A DNA stretch of 64,000 nt from Candidatus Paceibacter sp. (lineage in GTDB: Bacteria; Patescibacteriota; Patescibacteriia; Magasanikbacterales; UBA922): NCBI GenBank assembly GCA_020725175.1, contig DYFM01000007.1, positions 1,054 to 65,053 on the forward strand. Direction: 5' to 3'. Positions 20,201-28,359 of the stretch are shown here, piece after piece. The stretch's first letter is position 1. Each line of letters starts with the position of its first letter. The notes under the pieces are model-generated. The model saw only the letters and a list, made by a program, of their open reading frames with translations. It was not told the origin of the DNA and searched no databases. The position numbers were made by a program, and so were the translations under genes.

Positions 20201-21639
20201 TGCTTGGGAAGGGTAAAGAGAGTTATCTCGAAGTTTCAGGAACGCTGATGGTCAATGGAACAGCAGAGGCACCGGTTATCTTTACCTCAAGCCGAGATAG
20301 GGTAAACGCCGGATCGGTATACTGGGCAAACATCGGCGAACCGACAGCTGGAGATTGGTCGCGGATTCAAGTGGTAAAGGGTGGTATGGCAACAGTTAAT
20401 AACGCAAAATTTTATTACGGTGGGTATCCAGACTCAAAAACATTGACTGTTTTCAATAATCTCGAAGCAGCCAATGTCATTCGAAATATTGACAGTACGC
20501 TTACAATTACCAATAGTGTATTTTCAAACACCTATCTCCCAGTGACAGACCAATCTTATGGAGCAGTGGTTTGGACGGAAAGTACTCCGGGAAAAACAGC
20601 TGAAACACATATTACCGGCTCCACATTCATCAATGGACGGTATGGGTATAAACAAAAAGGAACAGGGGTGGTGAGTAGTATTAAGAATTCTTCATTTCAA
20701 CAGTTTGTAGGACCGGAAGGACCGATTGTATTGTGGAATGCCTGGAGTTTGTTGGGTCAAAACATACTGCAAAACAACAGGAGTAATGCAATTTCTTTGC
20801 GGAATATTTCTTTTGTATCAAGTACGACATTGACCGCTGAGCACCCGTACGTAGTTGACGGATTAACTGTGCAGCCGGGAGTAACAGTAACCGTTGATCC
20901 GGGTACGGAACTCAAGATGACCACCAACAGCGGTATTATCGTTGATGGAACATTTGAGGTTGGTGGGGTAGGTGGACAGCCGGTTATCATTCACGGATTG
21001 AATGGTGCTGCTTGGAATAGAATTGTCTTTAACAATTCTACATCTCGGATACAAAATACAACTATCTCCGGTGGAAATCATGGGGCACTCACATCACAAA
21101 AAGGCGGAATGATTTTATCTAATAATTCCGAACTTACGTTTGAAGACGTATCATTTTCTACCAGTAAGATGAGTGGAAATCTCATTGAAGGATATGGGTC
21201 AACTATTGCGGTTCGTGATAGTGTCCTTCGTTTTGATGAACTGCAAACCGATCCGAGCCACAAAACAGCTGGTATATATGTTGAAGGTGGAATGGTGACA
21301 GTGGAAAATACAACCTTTCAAAACATGGTGTATGGGGTGATGGCCAAGCTCGGGGCGGTGGTATCGTTTTTACGCATGGGTATTGAACATTTTATCAACA
21401 CCATTGCTAGTTGGTGGCCGCTTGAACTGTTTACCTTTGAACCAGAACCGGTGGTGGAAGAAGTGGTGGAAGAGTTACCAGAGCCGGTAGAAGTGCTTGA
21501 AGTAAATAAGGAATTGATTGAAGAAACGCCTGTGATTGTTGAAGAGATAGCTGAAGAAGTGGTGGTACCGGAAGAGAATGAATCGTTAGATGAGAATGAT
21601 ACAGGGGAGGAGGTTTTTAAAATTAGTGAAGGTATATAG
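17275..21639 (+). CDS. Giant secreted/surface protein: M23 peptidase domain + lamin-tail domain + right-handed beta-helix repeats + acidic C-terminal tail
   Basis: Signal peptide. M23/LytM-like YGHLGEDYGADPGDTVYAVADG...HLHIEIKD. LTD signature VINEVNWMG...HEWIELYNPTENPIDLTGW. Multiple G/N/T/S-rich beta-helix repeats. C-terminal EEVVEELPEPVEVLEV. Confidence 0.7.
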   Translation: MGGYVKILITILFFLFHPSFVFSVELKPFDYPLYQKLVQTVRLGGSWSKYYGHLGEDYGADPGDTVYAVADGVVELVKNWPLCDKFEKVNGELKKVDSARGWGGVVIIKHDLKGEGNFFTKDLYLPNSPVEENPEVVFSQYGHLTNLTVTNGQVVKKGEKIGEIGKMCKWIPHLHIEIKDKNALENEILDGVGSGYSGKHDHAPHRYKILAFIEKNSYLSLSDDPQQKPASNNLASPIILSPFTNPQFLSNFWSSNKETAVFAEQSPFLLENVIEQMKKPKPDNDVPTKDAGEPKNNLEKPKEVVENGTYTATLVGSPKEVQVLKGTKTVELKLEAKNSGTVAWKKKDISVNVVGGKAKNSKYVTESWFTKLRPALLDQEQVSPGSIGTFTFVIAIPEDETSITLPFMIVRQDVQNNFYQVGNQQYIFQIKQVDSLPLVQNEEPAGTGGPTDIDDPNFFADIYNETKQVVKKTVKKTTDTVKDITYDTIDVIKNIPQYFSGGGGSSINEGQYEDDNSVDTGNENNNDIDIDANIESPTSTPKEDEQVEETEDEQVEEQISILEPDHTPYITNANPIIIAGERTSGVASVSLVGMDAEVEYPTSTGWLLRFNLSEGEQMIQVQGKNAAGAVVATTSVGYVFDVTPPDTPGVTITQTGTDPTYVSVSWISSDTLSGIMSYDVERKLMGNEANEWERVLTDTAETEYNFEAYLGDIYAIRVRARDRAYNISEWSGGEEGETYYVDYTKELVINEVNWMGTMNKATGGCRDHEWIELYNPTENPIDLTGWTVTIENKSGQMNTLTPTGSVSPRSYYLLARKASSRSAVIDLPIDHEYQNIVLPNDGARLTLRNSVGEIVDEVNFVDKWPAGTQTGGPSKNFYRSMERVSSYLPGSLTDNWRTNQHIPVLGRTNNCGELFGSPRQPNNGHWLLRAPDFYYADVFDASGTLTLSNRFSPYVLDIGTIIPAGKTLVLEPGVVVLGKGKESYLEVSGTLMVNGTAEAPVIFTSSRDRVNAGSVYWANIGEPTAGDWSRIQVVKGGMATVNNAKFYYGGYPDSKTLTVFNNLEAANVIRNIDSTLTITNSVFSNTYLPVTDQSYGAVVWTESTPGKTAETHITGSTFINGRYGYKQKGTGVVSSIKNSSFQQFVGPEGPIVLWNAWSLLGQNILQNNRSNAISLRNISFVSSTTLTAEHPYVVDGLTVQPGVTVTVDPGTELKMTTNSGIIVDGTFEVGGVGGQPVIIHGLNGAAWNRIVFNNSTSRIQNTTISGGNHGALTSQKGGMILSNNSELTFEDVSFSTSKMSGNLIEGYGSTIAVRDSVLRFDELQTDPSHKTAGIYVEGGMVTVENTTFQNMVYGVMAKLGAVVSFLRMGIEHFINTIASWWPLELFTFEPEPVVEEVVEELPEPVEVLEVNKELIEETPVIVEEIAEEVVVPEENESLDENDTGEEVFKISEGI

Positions 21640-21642
21640 ACC

Positions 21643-22095
21643 TTCGGATGAAACGGATTTAACCGATTAAAGCTGATTTTTTATGCTGAAACATGAAGCG
21701 CTAACAAATGAAATAATTCGTTGTTATTATGATGTGTACAATGAGCTGGGGTTTGGATTTTTGGAAAAAGTATATGAGAATGCCTATGTTATTCGTTTGC
21801 AAGAAAAAGGAATACATGGAAAACGTCAGGTTCCAATAAAAGTTTTCTATCATGAGCACGATGTAGGGTTATACTATGCTGATATTGTAGTAGAAGACGT
21901 GATTATTATTGAGATGAAAGCGGCTGAAAATTTATGTTTAGAACATGAGTTACAATTAAAAAATTATCTTCGTGCAACAGATAAAGAAATAGGATTCTTG
22001 TTTAACTTTGGTATCAAACCGGAATTTCGACGTCAGTATTTCGAAAACCAATACAAAAGATCAGTTCAAACTAGTTAAATCCGTTTTATCCGAAG
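21643..22095 (+). mobile_element. MITE-like cassette with 20-bp terminal inverted repeats (CTTCGGATGAAACGGATTTA ... TAAATCCGTTTTATCCGAAG) carrying a single GxxExxY gene
   Basis: Left arm 21643-21662 and the reverse complement of right arm 22076-22095 match at 19/20 positions. Related cargo-less copies sit at 28265-28335, 44984-45063 and 53486-53560. Confidence 0.45.
21683..22078 (+). CDS. GxxExxY family protein (PD-(D/E)xK nuclease-like small protein)
   Basis: GFGFLEKVYENAY (GxxExxY), then DIVVEDVIIIEMK (D..E.K) and FLFNFG. 131 aa is typical of the TIGR04256-type family. Confidence 0.65.
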   Translation: MLKHEALTNEIIRCYYDVYNELGFGFLEKVYENAYVIRLQEKGIHGKRQVPIKVFYHEHDVGLYYADIVVEDVIIIEMKAAENLCLEHELQLKNYLRATDKEIGFLFNFGIKPEFRRQYFENQYKRSVQTS

Positions 22096-22164
22096 ATCTA
22101 TCAATTATGTAGTGCATACTGGCTTGTCGCCTGGAGTCCAATATGATATTATCAAGCATATTCT

Positions 22165-24331
22165 ATGCTCGATCTTCTCAAACACCACTTTGGCTACGAT
22201 ACCTTCCGCCCCATGCAGGAAGATATTATCAAGACAGTCCTGAACAAACAGGATTGTTTGGTTTTAATGCCGACCGGTGGAGGGAAATCGCTCTGTTATC
22301 AGCTTCCGGCACTAACGCTTGGCGGTATCACACTAGTCGTTTCTCCGCTTATCGCTCTTATGAAGGATCAGGTAGACGCACTGAGGACAAACGGCATAGC
22401 AGCGGCATATATCAATAGTAGTTTGTCATATGAAGAACACCGTCAGATTCAGGAGCAGGTAAAAAATAACCAGCTCAGCATTCTTTATATTGCTCCAGAA
22501 CGATTTGCGATTCCTTCTTTCCAACAGTGGTTGAAACATTTACCGATTCAACTCATTGCCATTGATGAGGCCCATTGTATCTCGGAATGGGGACATGATT
22601 TTCGCCCGGACTATCGAAATTTAAAAGTATTACGCTCGGAATTTCCCACTGTTCCGGTGATTGCTCTCACTGCTACAGCTACGAAACAAGTGCGTGAGGA
22701 TATAATAAATCAGCTATCTTTGCATGACGGAAAAATTTTTACCAGTGGCTTCAATCGACCAAACCTATCGTACATTGTTGAACCGAAAGGAGAAACGTTT
22801 TCTCGGCTCTGTTATTGGTTGAATAGATATAAAGGAGAGCCAACTATTATTTATGCCTTTTCTCGAAAAAACACCGAAGAGTTGGCGGCTGATCTGAATC
22901 GGGAAGGGTTTAATGCGCTGGCATATCATGCTGGTCTTGATCCTGAGACCAGACGGTATACCCAAGAACAATTTGTGCGGGACAAAGTTTCTATTATTGT
23001 CGCGACCATTGCTTTTGGTATGGGAATTGATAAGCCGGACGTGCGGTTGGTCATTCATGCTGATCTCCCAAAGTCAGTGGAAGGGTATTATCAAGAAACC
23101 GGACGTGCCGGACGTGATGGGTTGCCGAGTGACTGTGTTCTTTTTTACTCTCCGGGTGATATCCGTAAACATCGCTATTTTATTCAGCAAATCGAAGATG
23201 ATGCCGAGCGGCAGCGTGCCTCAGAAAAATTGTCTGACATTGTGACGTACTGTGAGCGGGGAGCCTGTCGAAGAACGTTTTTACTGGAATACTTTGGTGA
23301 TCAGTATCATGCCGATGAGTGTGGTAATTGTGATGCTTGTTTAACTCCGAAAGAAACATTTGACGCGACTGAAATAGCCCAAAAAATTATCTCAGCGATT
23401 CTAAAAAACCGGAGAAAAATATGGGGGTAGCTACATTGTTGAGGTGTTAAAAGGTTCTCGTATAAAAAGTGTACGTGAGCGAGGGCATCAAGATTTATCC
23501 GTATTTGGAATTGTCGGTCGAGAATATTCCAAGGAAGATTTGAAAGTACTTATTCGACAAATTGAACAAGCTGGATTAATCTTGAAACAAGATGGAGAAT
23601 ATCCTACATTGTACTTAACTCCGCAGGGGAGAGAATGGTTGATGCGACGTGATTCTTTAGAATTGGTCCGCCCGGCGAAAAGAAACGCTTCGACTGCTTC
23701 CGAACATGCTGAGCCGGTTGACGTTGATCATACTCTCTTTGAACGGTTACGCGATTTGCGTAAACAACTGGCTGATGAAGCTGGTGTTCCGCCGTTTGTA
23801 ATTTTTGGAAATCAGTCACTTATGGAAATGGCAACTTATTTTCCTACTGATCTCGATCAGTTTTCCAAGATTACTGGGGTAGGAGATCAAAAGTTGGTGC
23901 AGTTTGGTGAATCGTTTACTTCACATATTAAAACATATTGCATTGAAACCGGTAAACAGGCAAAGCCAATTCCTCGTCGAATAAAAACATCCACTGAACG
24001 GCGAACCATCAAAACCGATTCGACGTACCAGATTACTAAAAGTCTTATTGAACAAGGAAGAACTATTGGAGAGGTCGCCAAAGAACGACGAATGGCAGAA
24101 TCAACCGTTATGTCACATATTGAAAAACTGTTGCGTGCCGGAGAAACTGTATCGTTGAATCATATTGAGTTTAGGGCTGACCGCTTTCAAGTTATCAAAC
24201 AGGCATTTCAGCGAGCGGGAGACAGCAAACTCACACCGGTTAAGGAACTGCTCGGAGATGAATACTCTTATGACGAGTTGCGGTTAGCACGATTACTGAT
24301 AATTTCACATTCGAGTTTAGCTCATAGGTAA
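22165..24331 (+). CDS. recQ: ATP-dependent DNA helicase RecQ, interrupted by a +1 frameshift in an A6 run at ~23416-23421
   Basis: Helicase motifs LVLMPTGGGKSLCYQLPAL, DEAHCISEWGHDFRPDY, the zinc-binding cysteine cluster, the RQC block GSYIVEVLKGSR in the shifted frame, the HRDC block FSKITGVGDQKLVQFGESF and a C-terminal HTH. Removing one A gives the continuous ILKTGEKYGGSYIVEVLKG. Confidence 0.8.
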
Positions 24332-24459
24332 ACAAATTTTTATCTTCCGTACATACGGAAGATTTTTTTCTCGTAAAACATATGCTATACTATGAGCGTT
24401 AATTCTTATTTACCGCTTTGCAATAATACCGGCAAAGTCGTAATAGTGTGTGTTTCGAT

Positions 24460-24864
24460 ATGAAAACAGTTCTTTTGTCATACGGGTCAGCGCTACTATC
24501 TCTATTGATTATCGATGGAGTTTGGTTAGGAATCGTTGCCAAGCGTTTTTATGCTTCGTCAATAGGACACCTTATGGCTGCGACACCAAATTGGTACGCT
24601 GCCGGACTATTTTATCTTCTTTATACCGCCGGGTTGGTATATGTAGTCATTTTTCCAGCCATAGAGCAGTCTCATTCAGTGGGACGCGTATTTTTTATGG
24701 GCGCTGTAGTTGGAGCTTTGGCATACGGGACATATGATCTGACAAATTTGGCAACGCTCAAAGATTGGCCAATTGCCATGACGGTGATCGATATGCTATG
24801 GGGAGCTTTATTGACCGGGCTGGTGTCGTATGCTGCGGTGACGATAACACGTATTGTTTTGTAA
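24460..24864 (+). CDS. DUF2177-like small membrane protein
   Basis: Four TM segments; GVWLGIVAKRFY...YDLTNLATLKDWP pattern. Confidence 0.45.
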   Translation: MKTVLLSYGSALLSLLIIDGVWLGIVAKRFYASSIGHLMAATPNWYAAGLFYLLYTAGLVYVVIFPAIEQSHSVGRVFFMGAVVGALAYGTYDLTNLATLKDWPIAMTVIDMLWGALLTGLVSYAAVTITRIVL

Positions 24865-24865
24865 T

Positions 24866-25648
24866 ATGGAAATAAACATTTTTCAAACAATTGGAGTGAG
24901 TGCGCTGGCCATTTTTGGTTACATGACCGTATGGTTTTTCATTTCACTCCTACGGAAACGAAATGATAGTGCCGATGTTGCTTGGGGTATTGGGTTTGTG
25001 CTGGCGGCCATAGTCCCGCTTGTTTTTCATCAGCCGTTTAGTGATCGTGCATTATTGGTAACGGTCTTGGTTGCGATATGGGGAATTCGGCTGGCAAGTC
25101 ATATCTATTTTCGACAACGTGGAAAGCCGGAGGATTATCGATATCAAAAGTGGCGTGAAGAATGGGGGAAATGGTTTGTTGTTCGTTCATACGTTCAAGT
25201 ATATATATTGCAAGGTTTCTTGCTCCTTTTGATTGTTTCACCGGTTTTGGTGATAAACACGTATCAGGGGTTTCGTTTTTGGTGGCTTGATCTCTTTGGG
25301 GTGCTGGTTTGGTTGGTTGGATTTTTCTTTGAAGTGGTTGGTGATTGGCAGTTATCTCAGTTTTTAAAAGATCCAAACAATAAAGGGCACTTGATGCGAA
25401 ACGGATTGTGGCGGTATAGTCGTCACCCAAACTATTTTGGAGAAGTAACTCAATGGTGGGGAATATGGATCATTGCTCTGTCTGTTCCCTTTGGATGGTT
25501 GACCGTTATCGGACCGATAACAATTACCGTACTTATTTTGTTTGTTTCCGGTGTACCACTACTTGAGAAAAAAATGAAGGAACATCCGGAGTTTGAGGCA
25601 TATGCTCGGCAGACGAGTCGGTTTTTTCCATTACTTCCCAAAAAATAA
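24866..25648 (+). CDS. DUF1295 / steroid 5-alpha-reductase-like membrane protein
   Basis: GLWRYSRHPNYFGE is the signature of the DUF1295/ICMT-like fold. Multiple TM helices. Confidence 0.6.
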   Translation: MEINIFQTIGVSALAIFGYMTVWFFISLLRKRNDSADVAWGIGFVLAAIVPLVFHQPFSDRALLVTVLVAIWGIRLASHIYFRQRGKPEDYRYQKWREEWGKWFVVRSYVQVYILQGFLLLLIVSPVLVINTYQGFRFWWLDLFGVLVWLVGFFFEVVGDWQLSQFLKDPNNKGHLMRNGLWRYSRHPNYFGEVTQWWGIWIIALSVPFGWLTVIGPITITVLILFVSGVPLLEKKMKEHPEFEAYARQTSRFFPLLPKK

Positions 25649-25653
25649 AACAT

Positions 25654-26361
25654 ATGATCACAGCCATAAAACATGCAATTGTCAGTGCTGCTGACCCCAA
25701 ACGGGCGGAAGTGTATAGGTGGTTTTTTAAAACCGGAAAAGGACAGTATGGTGAAGGTGATCAGTTTCTAGGGATTGTTGTTCCAAAGTGTCGAAGTATC
25801 GCAAAGGAGTATCATAATCTTTCTTTCAAAGAAATACAGACATTGTTGCACTCATCAATTCATGAAGAACGATTGATTGCGTTATTGATACTGGTGTCCC
25901 AGTTTCAAAAAGGAAATGAAAAAACAAAAGAAAAAATATTTCGCTTTTACCTTCGTTCCACCAAGTGGATCAATAACTGGGATTTGGTAGATCTTTCGGC
26001 TGATAAAATTGTAGGGGCGTATTTGTTACCGTGCAAACAGGAGCGATCGGTGTTGACGGAACTGGCCCGTTCATCCTCTCTTTGGAAACGGCGAATTGCT
26101 ATTGTTTCCACGTTTGCGTTTATTCGGGAAAAACAATATACCGATACTATCAACATTGCCAAACTGTTGTTGCGCGATTCTCATGATTTGATTCATAAAG
26201 CCGTGGGCTGGATGCTCCGAGAAATGGGAAAGCGAGATATTGCAACCTTGGTACAGTTTCTTCAGCCGCGCTATAAAATAATGCCTCGTACCATGCTTCG
26301 ATATGCCATTGAAAAATTTCCCGAAGAAGCGAGAAAGGCGTATTTACGAGGGGAGGTTTGA
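25654..26361 (+). CDS. DNA alkylation repair enzyme (AlkD/AlkC-like HEAT-repeat glycosylase family)
   Basis: EVYRWFFKTGKGQYGEGDQFLGIVVP, WDLVDLSADKIVGAYL and the overall ~235-aa helical-repeat layout match the pfam DNA_alkylation family. Confidence 0.65.
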   Translation: MITAIKHAIVSAADPKRAEVYRWFFKTGKGQYGEGDQFLGIVVPKCRSIAKEYHNLSFKEIQTLLHSSIHEERLIALLILVSQFQKGNEKTKEKIFRFYLRSTKWINNWDLVDLSADKIVGAYLLPCKQERSVLTELARSSSLWKRRIAIVSTFAFIREKQYTDTINIAKLLLRDSHDLIHKAVGWMLREMGKRDIATLVQFLQPRYKIMPRTMLRYAIEKFPEEARKAYLRGEV

Positions 26362-26364
26362 GTT

Positions 26365-26455
26365 GGCAAGTCGGCAAGTTAACAAGTTGGTAAGTTAACA
26401 AGTTGGTAAGTTAACAAGTTGGTAAGTTAATAAGTTGGTCAGTTGGTAGGTGTGT
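26365..26455. repeat. Tandem repeat, ~16-bp unit AAGTTGGTAAGTTAAC x ~5
   Basis: GTTGGCAAGTCGGCAAGTTAACAAGTTGGTAAGTTAACAAGTTGGTAAGTTAACAAGTTGGTAAGTTAATAAGTTGGTCAGTTGG, read directly. Confidence 0.85.
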
Positions 26456-26524
26456 TGGTTATTTCGATGTGGGGTGACAAGTTTGCGCTCGAGTGTTTTT
26501 TAAGTGTTTAACTCACTTTTTGGT

Positions 26525-26995
26525 ATGAAAAAACAATACTTTTTATATTTACTTTCTTTGTTCCTTCTTTTGGGTTCTGTTATTGCATGGGTAACAAATG
26601 TTCAGGGGTTTCGGGTATTTTATGATTTAGAGGGAACAATTTTTAAGTTTCAGGATTGCGTTATTACCAATCCATTTCTTACGCCATGTTTTTGGGGTGC
26701 GACAGCTTTTGTCGTGTTGTTTGTCTGGTCACTATTTCTTCTTCGTAAGTCTAATCAGAACAAACAACAAAAACATCTTTCGCTTCTTTTACCGATATTG
26801 TTTGGTTGTATGCTCTTTGGTTGGGGAAATGTAGTCATAGAGGCGGTGCGATTTTACGGCAATCCTCCGGGTGTAATAACTGGTTGTGGCGGGAAGCCAC
26901 TTCTCAATCCATTTACCTCAAGCTGTTTTTTCGGCTCTATTTTATTTACTCTTTCTTTTTTTCTGGTGTTGTGGTTGAATAAAAAGAAGGGTTAA
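26525..26995 (+). CDS. Hypothetical multi-pass membrane protein
   Basis: Four predicted TM segments. No motif. Confidence 0.4.
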   Translation: MKKQYFLYLLSLFLLLGSVIAWVTNVQGFRVFYDLEGTIFKFQDCVITNPFLTPCFWGATAFVVLFVWSLFLLRKSNQNKQQKHLSLLLPILFGCMLFGWGNVVIEAVRFYGNPPGVITGCGGKPLLNPFTSSCFFGSILFTLSFFLVLWLNKKKG

Positions 26996-27011
26996 TGTAA
27001 CATCGATAATT

Positions 27012-27788
27012 ATGGACAGAAGAAAATTTTTGGAGATGCTTACACTTGGCATGTTTACTGTAGTGACAGGTGAAGCATGTACCTCTTCATTGAGGGGTAT
27101 GTCATATGAGGAATTAGACAATCTGCTACCAAGGCCAGAAGGTAGAGATGAAGACCCTCATGAATACACAAAACTGTTACAAGAAGGGGAATATGTGATC
27201 CCTGATGAGGTATTTGATATTTATTCTCAAACCATTGACCCAAGAATTAATGAATATAATCCTGCGCTTGGTGGATATATAGATAAAAACCGACTGAATT
27301 CACCAGAAAAAAGAAAAACCTTTCAACAAAGGATGAGGGGGATTGGAAAAACAGAGGAAGAAATTGAGAAATATTTTCGATTATTTGAGACAACCAATAT
27401 CATTTTGTTTCGAAAAAAAGTTTTGCAAAGTGAACGGTTTCCAGAATTACTTGATCATGAGCGGGTACATCAAATCATTACGAATCTTCCGGTTGAGGTA
27501 CAAAGACAAATGAGGGATGTGGCAAATAAAATGTTAGAAATGCGCGAGAATGGGGCGGAAGACAGAGAAGTTTTAAGAGAAAAAGGAAGGGATAAGATCG
27601 GGCGGGGCGGTCTGTTTCGTGCCAGTGTTGAAAGTAACTGGCAAGAATTTTATACGTATTTATTGCAAGGAAAATGGTCGGAAATCACCGTGAACGTTTT
27701 TAGGGATAATTTTCCGCAAGAATATGCAAGGGTACAGGAAATACAAAATGAGTTAATAGACAAAAAACAGCAGAAGAACTCAAAGTAA
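27012..27788 (+). CDS. Hypothetical protein with a twin-arginine-like N-terminal signal (MDRRKFLEML...)
   Basis: RRKFL followed by a hydrophobic stretch and AxA-like site (TGEA). No other motif. Confidence 0.4.
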   Translation: MDRRKFLEMLTLGMFTVVTGEACTSSLRGMSYEELDNLLPRPEGRDEDPHEYTKLLQEGEYVIPDEVFDIYSQTIDPRINEYNPALGGYIDKNRLNSPEKRKTFQQRMRGIGKTEEEIEKYFRLFETTNIILFRKKVLQSERFPELLDHERVHQIITNLPVEVQRQMRDVANKMLEMRENGAEDREVLREKGRDKIGRGGLFRASVESNWQEFYTYLLQGKWSEITVNVFRDNFPQEYARVQEIQNELIDKKQQKNSK

Positions 27789-27885
27789 GTTATGCTATTA
27801 CACACACTTTTACAAAGTAAACTCATACCAAAACGTATTTATCGACAGTAAACATACCAGCTTATAAACTTGCCAACTTAAACAT

Positions 27886-28248
27886 GTGAACAACCTTACT
27901 CCCGAAGAACAATTCATCATCGAACAAAAAGGCACTGAGCCGCCATTTTCCGGTGAATATGATAATCATTTTGCGGATGGTATGTATGTTTGTCGTAAAT
28001 GCAATACGCCACTGTATGACTCAAAAAGTAAATTTCATTCCGGTTGTGGCTGGCCGAGTTTTGATGAGGAAGTTCCGGGAGCGGTAAAGCGAGAGGTAGA
28101 TGCGGATGGAATTCGAACTGAGATTATCTGTGCCAATTGCGGAGGGCATCTTGGGCATGTATTTATTGGTGAGCAGTTTACCGAAAAAAATACTCGACAT
28201 TGTGTGAATTCATTGTCGATGAAGTTTATTCCGAGAAGTACCATTTAA
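27886..28248 (+). CDS. msrB: Peptide-methionine (R)-S-oxide reductase MsrB
   Basis: CGWPSF ... CANCGGHLGHVF with paired CxxC zinc ligands and the catalytic RHC. SelR domain, 120 aa. Confidence 0.85.
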   Translation: MNNLTPEEQFIIEQKGTEPPFSGEYDNHFADGMYVCRKCNTPLYDSKSKFHSGCGWPSFDEEVPGAVKREVDADGIRTEIICANCGGHLGHVFIGEQFTEKNTRHCVNSLSMKFIPRSTI

Positions 28249-28264
28249 TAGATCATGTTTGCCC

Positions 28265-28335
28265 GCTTTGAGTGAGGATTTATCGGATGGAACGGATCTA
28301 TACGGATCCGTACACATCCGTTTTATCTGTTTGAT
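28265..28335. repeat. Family B repeat, cargo-less copy (GGATTTATCGGATGGAACGGATC...GGATCCGTACACATCCGTTTTATC)
   Basis: Shares CGGATG.AACGGAT and ATCCGTTTTATC cores with the inverted-repeat arms of the 21643-22095 cassette. Lies between msrB and msrA. Confidence 0.5.
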
Positions 28336-28359
28336 CTGTGGTCCATTTACTTATAATAT

